DNA of 49,426 bases from Octopus bimaculoides (taxonomy: Eukaryota). Shown here in pieces: positions 1-13,151 of the stretch. The position numbers and the translations under genes are program-made. Every line of letters begins with the position of its first letter. The first letter of the stretch is position 1. Under the pieces are notes generated by a model. The model did not search any database. It saw nothing but the letters and a program-made list of their open reading frames with translations, and was not told the origin of the DNA. The DNA is taken from the NCBI RefSeq assembly GCF_001194135.2, contig NC_068983.1, positions 138,825,993 through 138,875,418 on the forward strand, given 5' to 3'.

Positions 1-130
1 ATATATATATATACGTATGTATGTACCTATATATACAAATGTCTATATATATGCGTGTGTTCTGTATAGTAGACACACATCGCAAACGGATTTCTGTATC
101 ACATATTTAGATATGAAGAATGCTGGCAAA

Positions 131-160
131 ATGACAATGATGATGATGGTGATGATAATG

Positions 161-221
<61 letters not shown>
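131..221 (+). repeat. (ATG)n/(AAT)n trinucleotide microsatellite
   Basis: Directly visible; source of the poly-I/poly-Y ORFs in the track. Confidence 0.95.
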
Positions 222-222
<1 letters not shown>

Positions 223-231
223 GAAAAAAAC

Positions 232-372
232 CATAGGAATGGGAACCCAAGTTCGAAATTTGTCCAAGCCACCTGATGAAGGCTGGAGGGTATATCAGCC
301 GAAACGTTATGTTAACACCAAACAAGATGAGGACAAATATCCGTCAAACGTAAATAATGTAAATAATATCTG
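232..372 (+). mobile_element. Penelope-like element terminal repeat (pLTR), solo copy
   Basis: Closely matches 31038-31170 (shared GGCTGGAGGGTATATCAGCCGAAACGTT and AACAAGATGAGGACAAATATC), which lies directly downstream of a Penelope-type RT fragment. Confidence 0.8.
266..313 (+). ncRNA. Minimal type I hammerhead ribozyme motif
   Basis: CTGATGA (273-279), A, stem II GGCTG/CAGCC (281-285/296-300), GAAA (301-304), palindromic ACGT helix III, GUU triplet; stem I has mismatches in this copy. Confidence 0.7.
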
Positions 373-584
373 TTGAGTGAATACGAATAGTAATAATAAT
401 AATAATTATAATCATCATCATCGCCATCATCAGGTGCTAGAGCATAACAGAGCGGACCTAGTTGTGTATCAGAAGCAATCAAGGGGAATATAAAGGAAAT
501 TGGAAATAGATTGCCCAGTAGAAATGCACTACAAACAGATAAATACTGAACTACGAATATGCATGGCATTCAGAAAAGAGTATC

Positions 585-712
585 GTTAGGTACCACAAAA
601 TTTTGATACAGGGCCACTAATTTTAGGGGAGGAGGAAGCCGATTATATCGACAGAAGCATCTAACCGTTAATTTTTATCGACCCCGAAATCATTAAACGA
701 AGGAAAAGTAAG
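585..712 (-). mobile_element. Degenerate 3' part of a tRNA-derived SINE
   Basis: GATTATATCGAC...TTTATCGACCCCGAAA resembles the better-preserved copy at 19474-19652. Confidence 0.45.
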
Positions 713-2516
713 AAATATCGCAAGGCCTTTTTCCGATGCTGTAACGATTCTATCAACATATACAACTGAGATTCTTTCTTAGAGAACACTTTAGATTTTA
801 TTTAGCGATGTATATAGCAGCATAGGATGTTGTTTGGTCTCTAATATACTGATCAATCTAAGCGACAAATTTGAGATCGCGCGCTGATACAAATATCTTC
901 GTTACCATCTCCACCATAGACAGTAATCTCCATCATCACCACTGCCATCATCATACTCATCCACATCTTTTACATCGTCATCGTTGTTGTTCTCAACGTC
1001 GCTTCCACCGTCGTCGTCGTCATCATAATTTCATTTTCCTAGAAATAAATTTCTTATTATTTAATTAACTCGAATAATTCTGGTCACTGCTATTATGACA
1101 ATATCTGAAAATTTGAAGAAAATGGCTTCTTTTGCCATCTTACAACCACTTCCGTCTCCGCTTCTAGATGCAGTTCACTATTTATAAAAGCATTAAGATC
1201 TAAGCTGCTTGCTCTTTTCTGGAGCTGGTCCCAAATTTAATTATTTCGTCATTCCAATTTAGACATAAATACATTTCTATAAACATCGTTTTTATTAATT
1301 ATTTGTAAAAATGAAAGGTTCACAACGTTAAAATAGCGAAAACTAAAATAAAATTAAAATAATGATTACGAGGACAAAAGTTAGGGAATATCTGTATGAT
1401 TGTTAAGTTGAAAGCAATACCATGTGCTTATGACAAATATGTCATGCTGCAGATTAAAAATTGGGTTTACTAAAATCCGGTTATGTTTACAGTTCCGCTT
1501 AGGGAAAAGATGTCATTTCATATTTCAAGGAAATGTAAGCGAGAAAACACCGAGAAATATGAAACTGGTTCGGTATAAAACTGGATACTGATGGGACGCT
1601 GTGTGTATGCGTTGGGGAGTCGCAATATTCTTGTATTTACTCTGTAAAATTATAAAAAGAAGAGGCGAAGTATGGAGCGCATGTCGATGCAATATATGAT
1701 TATATCAATTAAAGAGGACCGCAGATGTGCTGATTAATTGACATATAAATAAGTTTATGAGCAAATATGGAATAGATAATAAACGCACACAGCAATACAT
1801 TCATATACACAAGAGTTAAATTGTTGTACCAAGTAACATTTGTATAGATTTCCCGTCAAGTAGAGTAAAAGCGATGGAAGTCATTCAGTGTCTGAACGAC
1901 CAATTTAATATCAATTAGTAGATCAGATAGGAAATAAATTTGCTGCGGCATTATTAGGATTTTTTCATTCTCATACTCATTTGTGTGTGAATTCATTCAC
2001 CCAGACTTGTACCTAAGTACTCGCATGATCACACACACACATTTATATACGCATTTATATACATAAATATACACATTTATATACATTTTATGCACATGTT
2101 GGCGCACACTTGTATCGTTACGCTAGCTGTAGAAAAGTTCTTATTTATTGCACTGACGTACAGTTAGGGAATAACTAAAATCTGTTTGTATGTAAAAAGT
2201 TTGTTCGAAAGAAACATTGAAAAAAAATTGAAGAATAATATGCTGCATTAGAGGGATGAAAGCAATGACTGAGCTGAATGGGTAAAGGGAAAATAATAAA
2301 TGGTAGAATCTGATGAATGATAAATGGCATTATATATATATATATATATNNNNNNNNNNNNNNNNNNNNNNNNNNNNNNNNNNNNNNNNNNNNNNNNNNN
2401 NNNNNNNNNNNNNNNNNNNNNNNNNNNNNNNNNNNNNNNNNNNNNNNNNNNNNNNNNNNNNNNNNNNNNNNNNNNNNNNNNNNNNNNNNNNNNNNNNNNN
2501 NNNNNNNNNNNNNNNN

Positions 2517-2549
<33 letters not shown>

Positions 2550-3223
2550 GTGATATAGTGTGGTTTCCTTTCTGAAAATATATGACAAAATGTGATAAAT
2601 GCATTATAACTTCATATAAATATAGAATATTAAAAAGTTATAAAATGTAAATCAAATTTGATTAAAAAGGCATAGGAAATGTAACAAAATGAAAATAGTG
2701 GAGTTGAAATACAGCAATATACATTAAATATAATGTAAATTAATATAATGTAAATATAAATATGATGTAAATGAAAGGAAAATAATCTAAATAGAGTGGA
2801 GTAAACTGGCGGTAAGATAGTTTTGGCAGCCAAAGCAGAACAAAGTAGGGTAACGATGAGTTGTTCATAACGATATGCGGTGTATATGGAAGAGACAGCA
2901 AATTTTTCAGGAAAGAGTTTACATAAAGAAGCATTTTCGCGTTTGCACTTGTTTGCTGAAGGTGTACTCCATCCCCAAATGCAGAATTAGATGCGTCATC
3001 AGGTGGTGAAATAGCTCTGTATGTGTTTTTGCCTCCTCTGTAGTGGCACAAAGGTCGTCTAAGGTCACTCACCAATGTAGATAAGACAAGCTCTACACAA
3101 CAGTCCGAGTTTTGTTGAGTTTTGAGTTTTGCTGCAAATCTGGTCAGTTATTTGTATCATGCTTGATCATGCAGCGCCACTCATCGTCACTCTTGAGTCA
3201 GACGTAATTCTCTGGATCTTCAA

Positions 3224-3560
3224 TTACTTCTGACCTGAGAATTTTCTGTCAACATCTTTCGCAGTTACTCCAAGGCTACTGAGCATCGAGTCAATACTAG
3301 TTTCATGGAATCCTCTAACACCTGTCTCTACGGGAAGATATATTGTCCTCCATCTATTGTTGTTACAGAATACAAACAGCTCCTTGCATGTTTTATTTTC
3401 CTTCAGGAAAGTGTCATCAATGTTCTCTTCCCTGAGAATTGTCAGATGTACCATTTTTAGTGCTGTTCTTTCTTTGCACCTTACGACGAGGTCACGTACT
3501 TTGGTGGCGAAAAGTGTCGAGTGATATTTACCATCAATTCTAAACAGAGACCTCCTACAA
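3224..3560 (-). mobile_element. RLE-type non-LTR retrotransposon C-terminal fragment (HERO-like)
   Basis: ATKVRDLVV...HLTILREENIDD...WRTIYLPVETGVRGF resembles the RPD...ELTVPWEEN...PVEVGCRGF pattern of HERO/NeSL restriction-like endonucleases. Confidence 0.7.
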
Positions 3561-3799
3561 CTCCCTCCCCTACAAGACTATTCTTCTTTACAGTGACTGG
3601 CTTTCAGCCTTCCCACAGGCCGGATATCGCTGGTTTAAATGCGAAAGAGTAAATGCATTAGGTTTGCCAACATAGAATGTATAGCCTGATGGAGAAAAAA
3701 AAAGGAAAAAGTATTTGCATTTCTGAACGCGACCGCTTCTCATAGGGAAAGCATAAAAGCAGAATTAATTAAAGCATAAGCATGAAACAGATTCTATAC

Positions 3800-4050
3800 A
3801 AGAAGAGGGTAGCAGGCGCGTCTAGATGGACTAATATTTGTGCATCCTATCTCATCAATGAATATCACAATGATGATATTCTCCAATTGATTGAACGTGT
3901 GTATCACTGGCACCCTGTGTTTGAAACGCACACCAGGAAGAGAAACGAAACTCGGAAAATGGGGAAATATTGCATGCACATAATGTTTCAGTTGATTCAC
4001 AACGTTTATTTCTGCTTCCCCTGTCTTGTTTAAAAACACATACTCTCTGA
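3800..4050 (-). mobile_element. Possible decayed zinc-knuckle/RLE linker of an RLE-type non-LTR element
   Basis: Frameshifted CESTETL... and GVRFKHRVPVIHTFNQLEN...IDEIGCTNISPS weakly resemble C..ETxxH and RYTWRHxSV motifs. Confidence 0.35.
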
Positions 4051-4502
4051 CAGATCAAAGATCGAATGCTGTTCAATAGCAGTTGATGCAATACCTGATT
4101 CTGTACATGTCAAAAAGACAACATTTATCACATTTTTCAATTCGAAACAAAGATTCAGATTTTAAGAATCAAGCGAGATAAGAATCATTTGAAGATTGTT
4201 GAGAGAAAAGTGTTTATGAGATTACAAACATGGTACAAGAAACAGTGTTTTAAAATAGCTTTCTCTTTGATGCTAGTAGGGGGTCAGGGACATTATAATG
4301 GTGAAGCTAAGGCAGGGAAATATGAACGAATCCAAATTATGTAACTAAATAAAAGTCCTCAGAAAGATTCTCCTTACCTGGATGCCATACATTGAAGGTG
4401 ACTTTGAAGTTTAGCCAGTTGTAGGCCTCTTCAATGCATATATACAGGTATGTATGTATGTATGTATGTATGTATGTATGTATGTATGTATGTATGTATG
4501 TA

Positions 4503-4750
4503 TGAAAAAGAAAATGCCTACTCTGAAGGATCTGCTGAAAGAACTACAGCTATTCTATCCAAATTACAAGTTCAGGGTCATACCTGTAATTATTGAGGAA
4601 TTAAGATATGTAACACACTGTCTAAATACTAATCTTGAGAAATTAGGCTTCTGAGAACCAGAAAGGAGAAAGCTGATTCGAAGACTACAGATCCAATCCA
4701 TCACTGGAGCTGTAAAAATCTGTAAGACTTTCCAGAAGTTTATCATTTAA
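4503..4750 (+). mobile_element. RLE-type (R4/NeSL-like) non-LTR 3' fragment
   Basis: [27 protein letters not shown]...LGF*...LIRRLQIQSITGAVKICKTF is typical of the ORF C-terminus after the PD-(D/E)xK nuclease; begins right after (GTAT)n. Confidence 0.7.
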
Positions 4751-5269
4751 GTATATATGAGCATGTCTAGATCTGTAACTATATGCATGACATTACATAT
4801 ATAAAACAAAACATACAATTTGCACATATACTTACATACATACATCAAGAACCGCCTTATTAATCTATTCTTCTAAACTTCGCTAAGTCTTTTATTCTCG
4901 CGGTACATAACGTAACCGATATGTTAGTTATATGTTCTGTTACATTTATGCATCAACCAGTCGTGAGAATAACAACTTCGGATCACTAAGAAAGTTCTGT
5001 TTATTTCGATGATGGTTGACATAGTGAATATTAAATAAACGATGCATATTTTACACAAGGCATATATTCTTAATTATTTGAGATTCATTGTTTTCATTTG
5101 TTTAATCCAGATAAACATAAATTGATTGAGGGCATGATCTGTGACTAAGTATCTCGCTTAGAGATCTGACAAAAAAAAAATGTGTTAATTGATTAGCAAT
5201 TGTCTACCATATACCTGCTGACCTGCTGACATATAGTTTAAAACATCCCAGCAGAGAAACCGGGAATTT

Positions 5270-6475
5270 GAAACGGGAAGAAGCAACAAGAACTTAATCC
5301 AAAGAGAGGGGTCAAGTTTAAAATTGACCCCGCTGGATGATATAACAAGAAGTAAAAAGGGAAAAATGGTGATTTATAGAACCCTATCACTGAGGAGCAA
5401 GAAGATGGAAATGGCTAGCGAGGAAGCTATAGAAGAGTGCTTGGAAGAGATTAGAAGTGACATTGAATTTTACTGCAGAGGAAGTAAGTTTGGTACAGTG
5501 GAGGTGCGCTTCCCTACTGTGGAGGAGACAGTAAAGTACTACACTGTAACACTGAAAACAGAAGAATGGGCGCTCCTGCCAACCTACCTCGGTAAACGAG
5601 TGGCAAGAGTGAGGATTGGCAGGGTGCTCCCTCTCCGATTTTAACGAGATGTGGCAGCTTGCAGCAATCGTAATAGAAACAAAGGAGGACCCAGAAGTGC
5701 TGCAAGTCAGCCGCACCAAACAATTTAACTGAGGGGGATATGGTCAGGAAGTTATAATTCAGGCCACCCCACTGAACTTACAAGAAATCACCAAAGAAAT
5801 GGAGCTATGAGATAATGTGAAGTTGCGAGTGGTGAATGGAAGACCTCCTACCTGCTACCACTGGAGAAAGAAGGGACACATAAAAGCGAATTGTCCCCGT
5901 CTTAACAGCCAGATATCAATAGAGGAGAAACAAGAAGAAAATAACAGAGACGAGGAATTATAGAAAAATACGGAAGAAGTAAATGTAGGAAGTAGAGATG
6001 AAGGATTCCAGGAAGTGCAAAAGGGAAAGAGGAAAGACTTTAAAAATTCCTCCGCCACGAAGAACTCAAAAGAAAAAAGAAGGCAGTAACATACAAGCCC
6101 CCATACAGTATATTCCATTACGGCAAAAATACAAGAATATCCCAGAAAACGTAGAATCTCCATCACACAGAGATAGACCAGCATCACCAGTCAAGTATAC
6201 ACAAACACATATAGACAGCCTAGAATCTCCAGTTAAATACACACCAACATATGCACAAGCAGACACACAAACATTACAGGCTAGTTATAAACATGGGGGG
6301 GGGGTATCTAACGCACTATTGGTCGAACACGGCCATTGAGGAAAAAATTGCAAAAATGAAGACAGTAATAAGAATTATAGAGGAGGACGATTTAAGGGCA
6401 CTAGGCATGGAGTGTTTATTAATAGACCTAAGCAATTACAAAAAAATTAAAGTCAAGCTTTTGGCAATGATGTGA
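5270..6475 (+). pseudogene. Decayed ORF1/gag-like gene with CCHC zinc knuckle
   Basis: Joined frames 5324-5644, ~5650-5900, 5998-6339, 6300-6475; RRM-like GTVEVRF segment; knuckle CYHWRKKGHIKANC (~5850-5895, second C replaced by W); basic/charged tail. Confidence 0.7.
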
Positions 6476-7924
6476 ACCCACTAGGACAAGAGGTAAGATA
6501 CAATTATCTACCACCTGTGATGGAATTTTTTAACAATTGACAGCATATTTTTATATAGTAAGATAAATTAATTTGTAGCTTACCTTGATGACATACTCAT
6601 AAAATGTGAATCTCAAGGTCAAGTCGCTTTTGGGCGCTACTGGTAACATGTAACCCAGTACAACCTGTTGCATGCACTGGGACATCGAGAAATTAGTGAA
6701 AGCTGGTAGAGGTTGCGCGCTCGGCAGTCTAAGTACCACCGTTAAAATACCTATCATGTCCCTTAAAAGGCGGCATGTAGGCAGAAATCTTTGAAGAAGT
6801 TCAATAGAGTTCGATAATAGTTGGTGTGTTAGTTCCGCGTTGAACTCGCAGCGAACTCGTAAGTCGCCGTAATAATAGTTCTTCGAATTACTGTGTGTTG
6901 TTCCCGTCACTAGAATGTGGTAGGGGTTCGATTCCCTGGCTCACAATATATCGGATGCAGCCGTGAAGTGTTAAACAGCTAGAGGAGATGTCTTCGCGGG
7001 GTTAAAAAATGGCACTAAAGTCCGTTTGAGGGAAAAACAAATGTGCTGTGTGCAAAACGAACATTACTATCTAAAAGTCGGGTGACAATTACGTTACATC
7101 TGGTAACGAGTCGTCAGGATATAAAAGTGACGGCGTAAAAATAAATAAAATTAATATTAACTTCCAACGGAAAACAACCTCAAAGGGGGAGATGTGTCGA
7201 GAGTTATTGACACCGCTAGCAGATTGGCGGAATGAACTTGGTGAATTCTTATAAAAACTATTAGTCGGGGCGTTTGATAGTCTCGCGAAGTATGTCGTGT
7301 GAATACATTGATTAAACCTCCGTTGCATAATTCTATCTATACCAACTTGTGGCAGGATACAATGTATATATATATATATATATATATATAGGTAAACTGG
7401 TTTGTTCCAGTGCGTGCTGCTGAATAATGTATTTCCCCAGAAACATGTGATATCAACAATTGCTGAACGAATAGCAATATAAATTAAACGTCGTCTCGAA
7501 GGGAATAGACACGGAAATCACTATATGTCCCGGATGAAACGTGTAGTCCTCTGTTCACGTCCATCGCAACAGAGAGATTTCTTTTGGACACAAATGATGT
7601 GGTACTTAGTTTTATTTTTACGTTGGTGATTTTGGAAAAAAATATTTTCTACATATTCTGCTTAGATTTTAAGATATATATTAGTTAAAGGAATTCCTCT
7701 GGAAAACTGGAACCTTGACTTATAAGGAAAATAATCAGACATTATACTGACAGTTTCATAAATTAGAAAATAGCTTATAAGAATAGATAGAATAAACGTG
7801 AAGTATACAGAGAACGTAAGTTACAGTTTGCTACTACCGTCGGAATTGATTAAAAGGGATGGAAAAGTAGAGAACAATTCGAAATAAATAAAATATGCAT
7901 ACCTGTGTGAGTATATGCAAGATT

Positions 7925-7942
7925 GCACACACACACACACAC

Positions 7943-8016
<74 letters not shown>
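7925..8016 (+). repeat. (CA)n microsatellite
   Basis: Directly visible. Confidence 0.95.
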
Positions 8017-8018
<2 letters not shown>

Positions 8019-10776
8019 AATAAAAAAAACATATATGCATCTGAGTTTGAGAATATATGACTCTTTACATACATACGTATATACTTGGATATGTCCGTGC
8101 CTGGGCATGCGTGAATATGTTAGCGTGTGGGTATATATATGAATATGTATACTCAAATCATATTCAGAAAAGCTTGAACCCGTCGTCTTATGAATCTTTA
8201 CATATGTGCATATAATCTTAATGTGATAGGATAAAATAAGTACACAATATATTTGTGCTTCCATACGTTTGTTTGCATGAACTTTCTCGACATTTAGATA
8301 CTGCTTTCTTGCGAAAAGCATCAGGTGTGCAGTTGACGCAATTGATCTTGTATCAGGACAGCTTTCATTAATTTCTTTGTAGAATATATACTGGATTACA
8401 TTTTGTGAAAATGTTTGCATATTTATTATTTACTCTGTGGTATTTATAATTTGAAAATATCATGTCAATATATGCTCATGGTTCAGCTCCAACTGTCTAC
8501 TTCTAGAATATATGGGTTAAAATTCTATAACTATATGTTTTTCAGTTGAAATCTTATCAAATTTGATTGAGAGTGCCCAATACGCTGAAGTAGCCCCTTG
8601 ATTTATAAAATAGCTTTTTGTGTCCTGAAAATCAATAAATTTTAAATCTAAGGATATGTCTAAAATATTTGGCAAACAACAACTATAAGACAAACAATAT
8701 CATTCTATGATGAAGAGAAGAGAAACGAGATCAGTACTAAAATTGATGAACACGATTTCAGAGGCTCTAATAACAACATCGACAGCAATGTTTTAAATAA
8801 TATAACCTAATATACAAAATCTAGTATTCATAAATGTTGCCTAGATTTTATATTTCTAATGCCTTAAGGTAGTGTTTCTTGCAGCACAGAAATTCAAACC
8901 CGAATTATATACAAAATATACATGCATGGAATCTTATAAATACGCTAGCATCTAACTTGATAAGGCGTCTTTTAGATGTGCAGTTATAACAGGAGATTTC
9001 AAACAAATAACAAAATTCCGTCTCTGCATAAAATATTCAGTATTCATATGAAATATGAAACAGGCAATTCTGCCTTTCATATGTTTCCCAAACATGTTAA
9101 TGACGTAACTGAGAATGCATTTGCGATTGATAGTGTAGAAGTTAGTGTTAACAGCCAACCAAGTAAATAGTTAATAACCTTACACATCTCTGTTGCACCA
9201 AAACAATTAATTTTAGAATAAAATCAACACGCCGAAAAATAGATTCCCTGCAAAAAAAGAAATAATATTAATAATTAAGAGATTACTCAACTTATAAAGA
9301 ATACTTTCAACTTGATGGTGCTTGCTTTTCAATACGAAAGTTATGAAAACTGGTTACTGGGACATTAGGTCGCACTCAAACACTACTTCAGAAATGGGTA
9401 AGTGAATAGGCCATGGAGTGATCTATCTCACTTGAAGCAGAAAACTTCAACGTTTATTTCTTTAAATTATCTCTTATTTTAATTTTTGCATATTGTATTG
9501 TAGCTGTGATTTTCCCTTGTACTTATTAAATTTCCTTCAAGCTTGTTTCTACTCATCTGGACGTGCGTACTTGTGAACATGTAAATGTGTGTTTGTGCAT
9601 ACTTTGCACGTGTATATGTGCGCGTTTTTTTCCTTTATATTTCGTAATGTATGTCTGTTTTATCTTCTTTCGAAATTTGTAAACATTTTCTTTCTCACTA
9701 TGTTATCTATATGTAATATGTGTTATATGTAACTCCCTTCTTTCTTCCATTACTGTTCTCTTCCTCCCTGTTGCATTCATTAGCTCGTTTCTTTGACGTG
9801 TCTGGTTCAAGAAAATACCCAGACAGAGTCCATAACATATATTATGAGAAGCCCTCACAACCCTTTTCCATAGAAGTGACTTTCAGGTTGATGTACTATA
9901 GTGGATAAGAGGTAGACAAAGGCGACGACGTACTCAGGGAAAAAAACTAAACATGGATAAAAATCCACTATCTCGTATTTTTTGGGCTGCCCTCTATGGA
10001 TACCGTACAGACTTCCCCGGCGTGGCAGCTTTTCAAAGAAGGCGTTCCTACACACATGACACGTCGTTAACTGGCTCCGTCATGATGCGCGCAGAGCAGT
10101 GAAATTGTCTAGCACTTTTCAGTAAGGTATACGAGCATTGCTGACTTAAGTGGAATACTTGTAATTGCGTTAGAACGCATCTGGCTATTAGCTGCTTCCA
10201 TTGTAAAGATAATCCCCACATATTCAGTTGACCAGGGAAGCAAGCAAACTCCAACTACCTGATGAACTTAGCGGAAGACATTATGTGATGAACGACACTA
10301 AATGGTCATCTTCCTGGCTAATTGTTCATCAAATTTTCATGTTTCATTTCCAAAAGAAAATCGTAGCGGAGATGTCAGCGCAGAGTCCCAGCAACTTTGG
10401 TGAGAGAGGGATGAGTTTGGCGAGTATAGTCCCAGTGAACAGGCTTGCTCGAAGTAGGTAATTTTTGATTGGAGTATGAGAGTTGGGTCGAGCGCTACCC
10501 TTATAATTAGCATGACTGTGGTTTTATGGAGTTGCCATGAGAAGCTCATTACGGGTTCTACCAGTCATTTTAGCACATTTTTCTTTCGCTTTAAATATTT
10601 TGCTTTCGCTTTCTGTAATTTCATTTATTGTCAATTCACAGAATTTTTTCCATCATGGATTCGTTCGTCGGATTTGTGCGGTTAAGTGGTTGGTCACCGA
10701 GAAACACCAGAGGAACAGGCCACTTAACCGGCTCTCTCTCACTCTCTCTCTCTCTCTCTCTGTAAACACACACACG

Positions 10777-10813
<37 letters not shown>

Positions 10814-10818
10814 ATATA

Positions 10819-12072
10819 CAGGGGTTGGACAAAATAATGGAAACACCTAGCATCATAGCATCATAATTTTGAAATATCTATAAAACGGTCAAAAGCCTGT
10901 TTATTTTCAAATTTATTGTTAGTGTTGCTTAATATATTTTTGCTTAATTTGATGTTTCTTTCCAGTTATCATTAGCAAAAGGTAATTAAAATTTATTAAA
11001 ATGACAGATCTATCGGACTTTGAGAAAGGTCAAATTGTTGGTGCTCGCATGGCAGGCGCTAGCGTAAGGAAAATAGCCAAAATGTTTGGTGGATCAAGAA
11101 GTACTGTTTCGAAAGTAATGACAGCCTTTGAGAAAGAGGGAAAACCTCCGCGTCGAAAAAACTCCGAAAGAAAATCAAAACTTTCAGAAAGGGACCGTCA
11201 AACTCTTACACAAAATGTTAGAAAGGAACACAAAAGTACAGCTCCCAAAATTACTGCAGAGCTTAATGAAAATCGAGTCTCCACAAAAACTGTTCGCCGG
11301 GAGCTGCACAGAGCCGGATTTCACGGGAGAGCTGCAAACAGAAAACAACTATTTTCAAACACAAACGTTGCAAAGCGTTTAGATTGGAGTAAAACGTACA
11401 GAATTGGTCCCTAGAGCAGTGGATGAACGTTATTTTCTAAAACGAGTCATCCGTTACCTTATTTCCATCCACCGGACGAGTATACGGGTGGAGACAGCAA
11501 AAGAAGCATTTGACCCAGACTACCTGCTTCCAACACATAAACATGGAGAAGCATCTGAGATGAACTGGTGGAGGGGGCTATATCTTGGGAATCCGCCTGC
11601 CTAATGGTTTTCCTTCATGGCAGGATTAATAGTAAAGACTATTTAAGCCTTTTATCACATCAAATTTATCGTATGGTTGCGGAATTGTTTCCGGAGGGAA
11701 ACACAATCTTTCAGACTGATAATGCACCAATTCACGCAGCTAAAGTTGTTACTGAATGGCACGAGGGACATTCTAGTGACGTTGACCATCTTATCTGGCC
11801 ACCACAGTCTCCAGATTTCAATATCATTGAACATTTATGGTGCATTAAAGGAAAACAAGTAAGGAGTCGATATCCTCCGCCATCATGACCACAAGAATTG
11901 GAGACTGTTTTAGGTGAAGAATGGACAAAAATTCCTTTGGAAACAATTCAAATTTTGTACGCGTCCATACCTCGTAGAATTCAATCTGTAATTACTGGCA
12001 AAGGCGGTGCTACCCCATATTAAAATAAATTTGTTTGAAATTGTAAGGTGATTCCATTATTTTGTCCAACCC

Positions 12073-12075
<3 letters not shown>
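10819..12075 (+). mobile_element. Full-length Tc1-like DNA transposon (DD36E type), 1257 bp
   Basis: 29-bp TIRs CAGGGGTTGGACAAAATAATGGAA(A/T)CACC at 10819-10847 and 12047-12075 (1 mismatch), TA on both flanks, transposase remnant inside. Confidence 0.95.
11001..12023 (+). pseudogene. Tc1-family transposase, frameshifted
   Basis: HTH N-terminus MTDLSDFEKGQIVGAR...; VIF*NESS (decayed FSDES); FQTDNAPIH; WPPQSPDFNIIEHLW; TAA at 12021-12023; several frameshifts. Confidence 0.9.
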
Positions 12076-12131
<56 letters not shown>

Positions 12132-13097
12132 CTTATATATTGTTAACAGAAAAGCCATTGCTGCCAAAGGAAGTCTGTAAAACAAATCGGTCAATACCTT
12201 GGTCTATGTGTTACTTATCAATTATATTTATTCTTTTTAAATATAGAAAAGGCAATTGAAGGTGTGTCATTAATTCAGAACCGAGAAACAAGAAAGGAGA
12301 GAAAGAATAAAATAGTAAAACATTTCGTGTAGCAAAATACAGAGTTATTGTAAAACTCGTCGCACTCACTACTACACCAGAATGAAGCACAAGTAAACAT
12401 TTAGATTAAGAGATTAACATTTTCATATTTCCATATATTCTAATCAGAATTTACTATCTGAAAACAAAATTGAAAAGCAAACGAAAACAAAGCTTTAGGC
12501 ATTTATCATGTAATGAATATCTTGCTTTTGTACATGCTTACTTTTACTTTTCGAACTAAATGAATTTTTAAAGTTTTCCATGAATATATAAACAATTAAA
12601 TTAGTAAATGAGAAAGACTAAAAAAAGAAAAAAACAGAAGCAATGCAATTTTCAAAATGCAAATATATAATCATTAAACAAGTGGTACTTATAGTAATTA
12701 TGAAACAGAATTGTATTAACTTCTGCAGATTTATGTTTAAAGACACACACACACACACACATACACACACACGCACACACACGCACACACGCACACACGC
12801 ACACACGCACACACGCACTTCACCTGCAATGTTCATACATACACTCTTAAACACAGGTTGATACGCTGGTTAGAAAACGGCAATATGTACGTAGTGTATA
12901 TGTTTATAGTACGAATATGACTATGCGTGTGTGGTTGTATATATGTCTTTAGATTTGAATGTGTGACCCAGCAGGGTTATTAAACAGAATAGATGTGGTT
13001 TGAAGCACTGTGCATGCAAATATATGTTCATGTCGATATATATATATACATATATTCTCATTTTGCACAAACGCATACACTTATATTTGTGTAGGTA

Positions 13098-13151
<54 letters not shown>

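Noticed and set aside
17-376. Poly-I/Y/H/T/A and IYIY/CVCV/LSIY ORFs throughout the track
   Set aside because: Translations of microsatellites without in-frame stops; no domain content.
6905-6945. tRNA gene at GGTTCGATTCC
   Set aside because: No cloverleaf or clear A-box at the proper distance.
10255-10300. CTGATGA motifs at ~10260 and on the minus strand near 2995
   Set aside because: No stem II followed by GAAA.
9850-10560. GC-richer stretch with several 65-77 aa ORFs
   Set aside because: No recognisable motif in any frame and no consistent strand.
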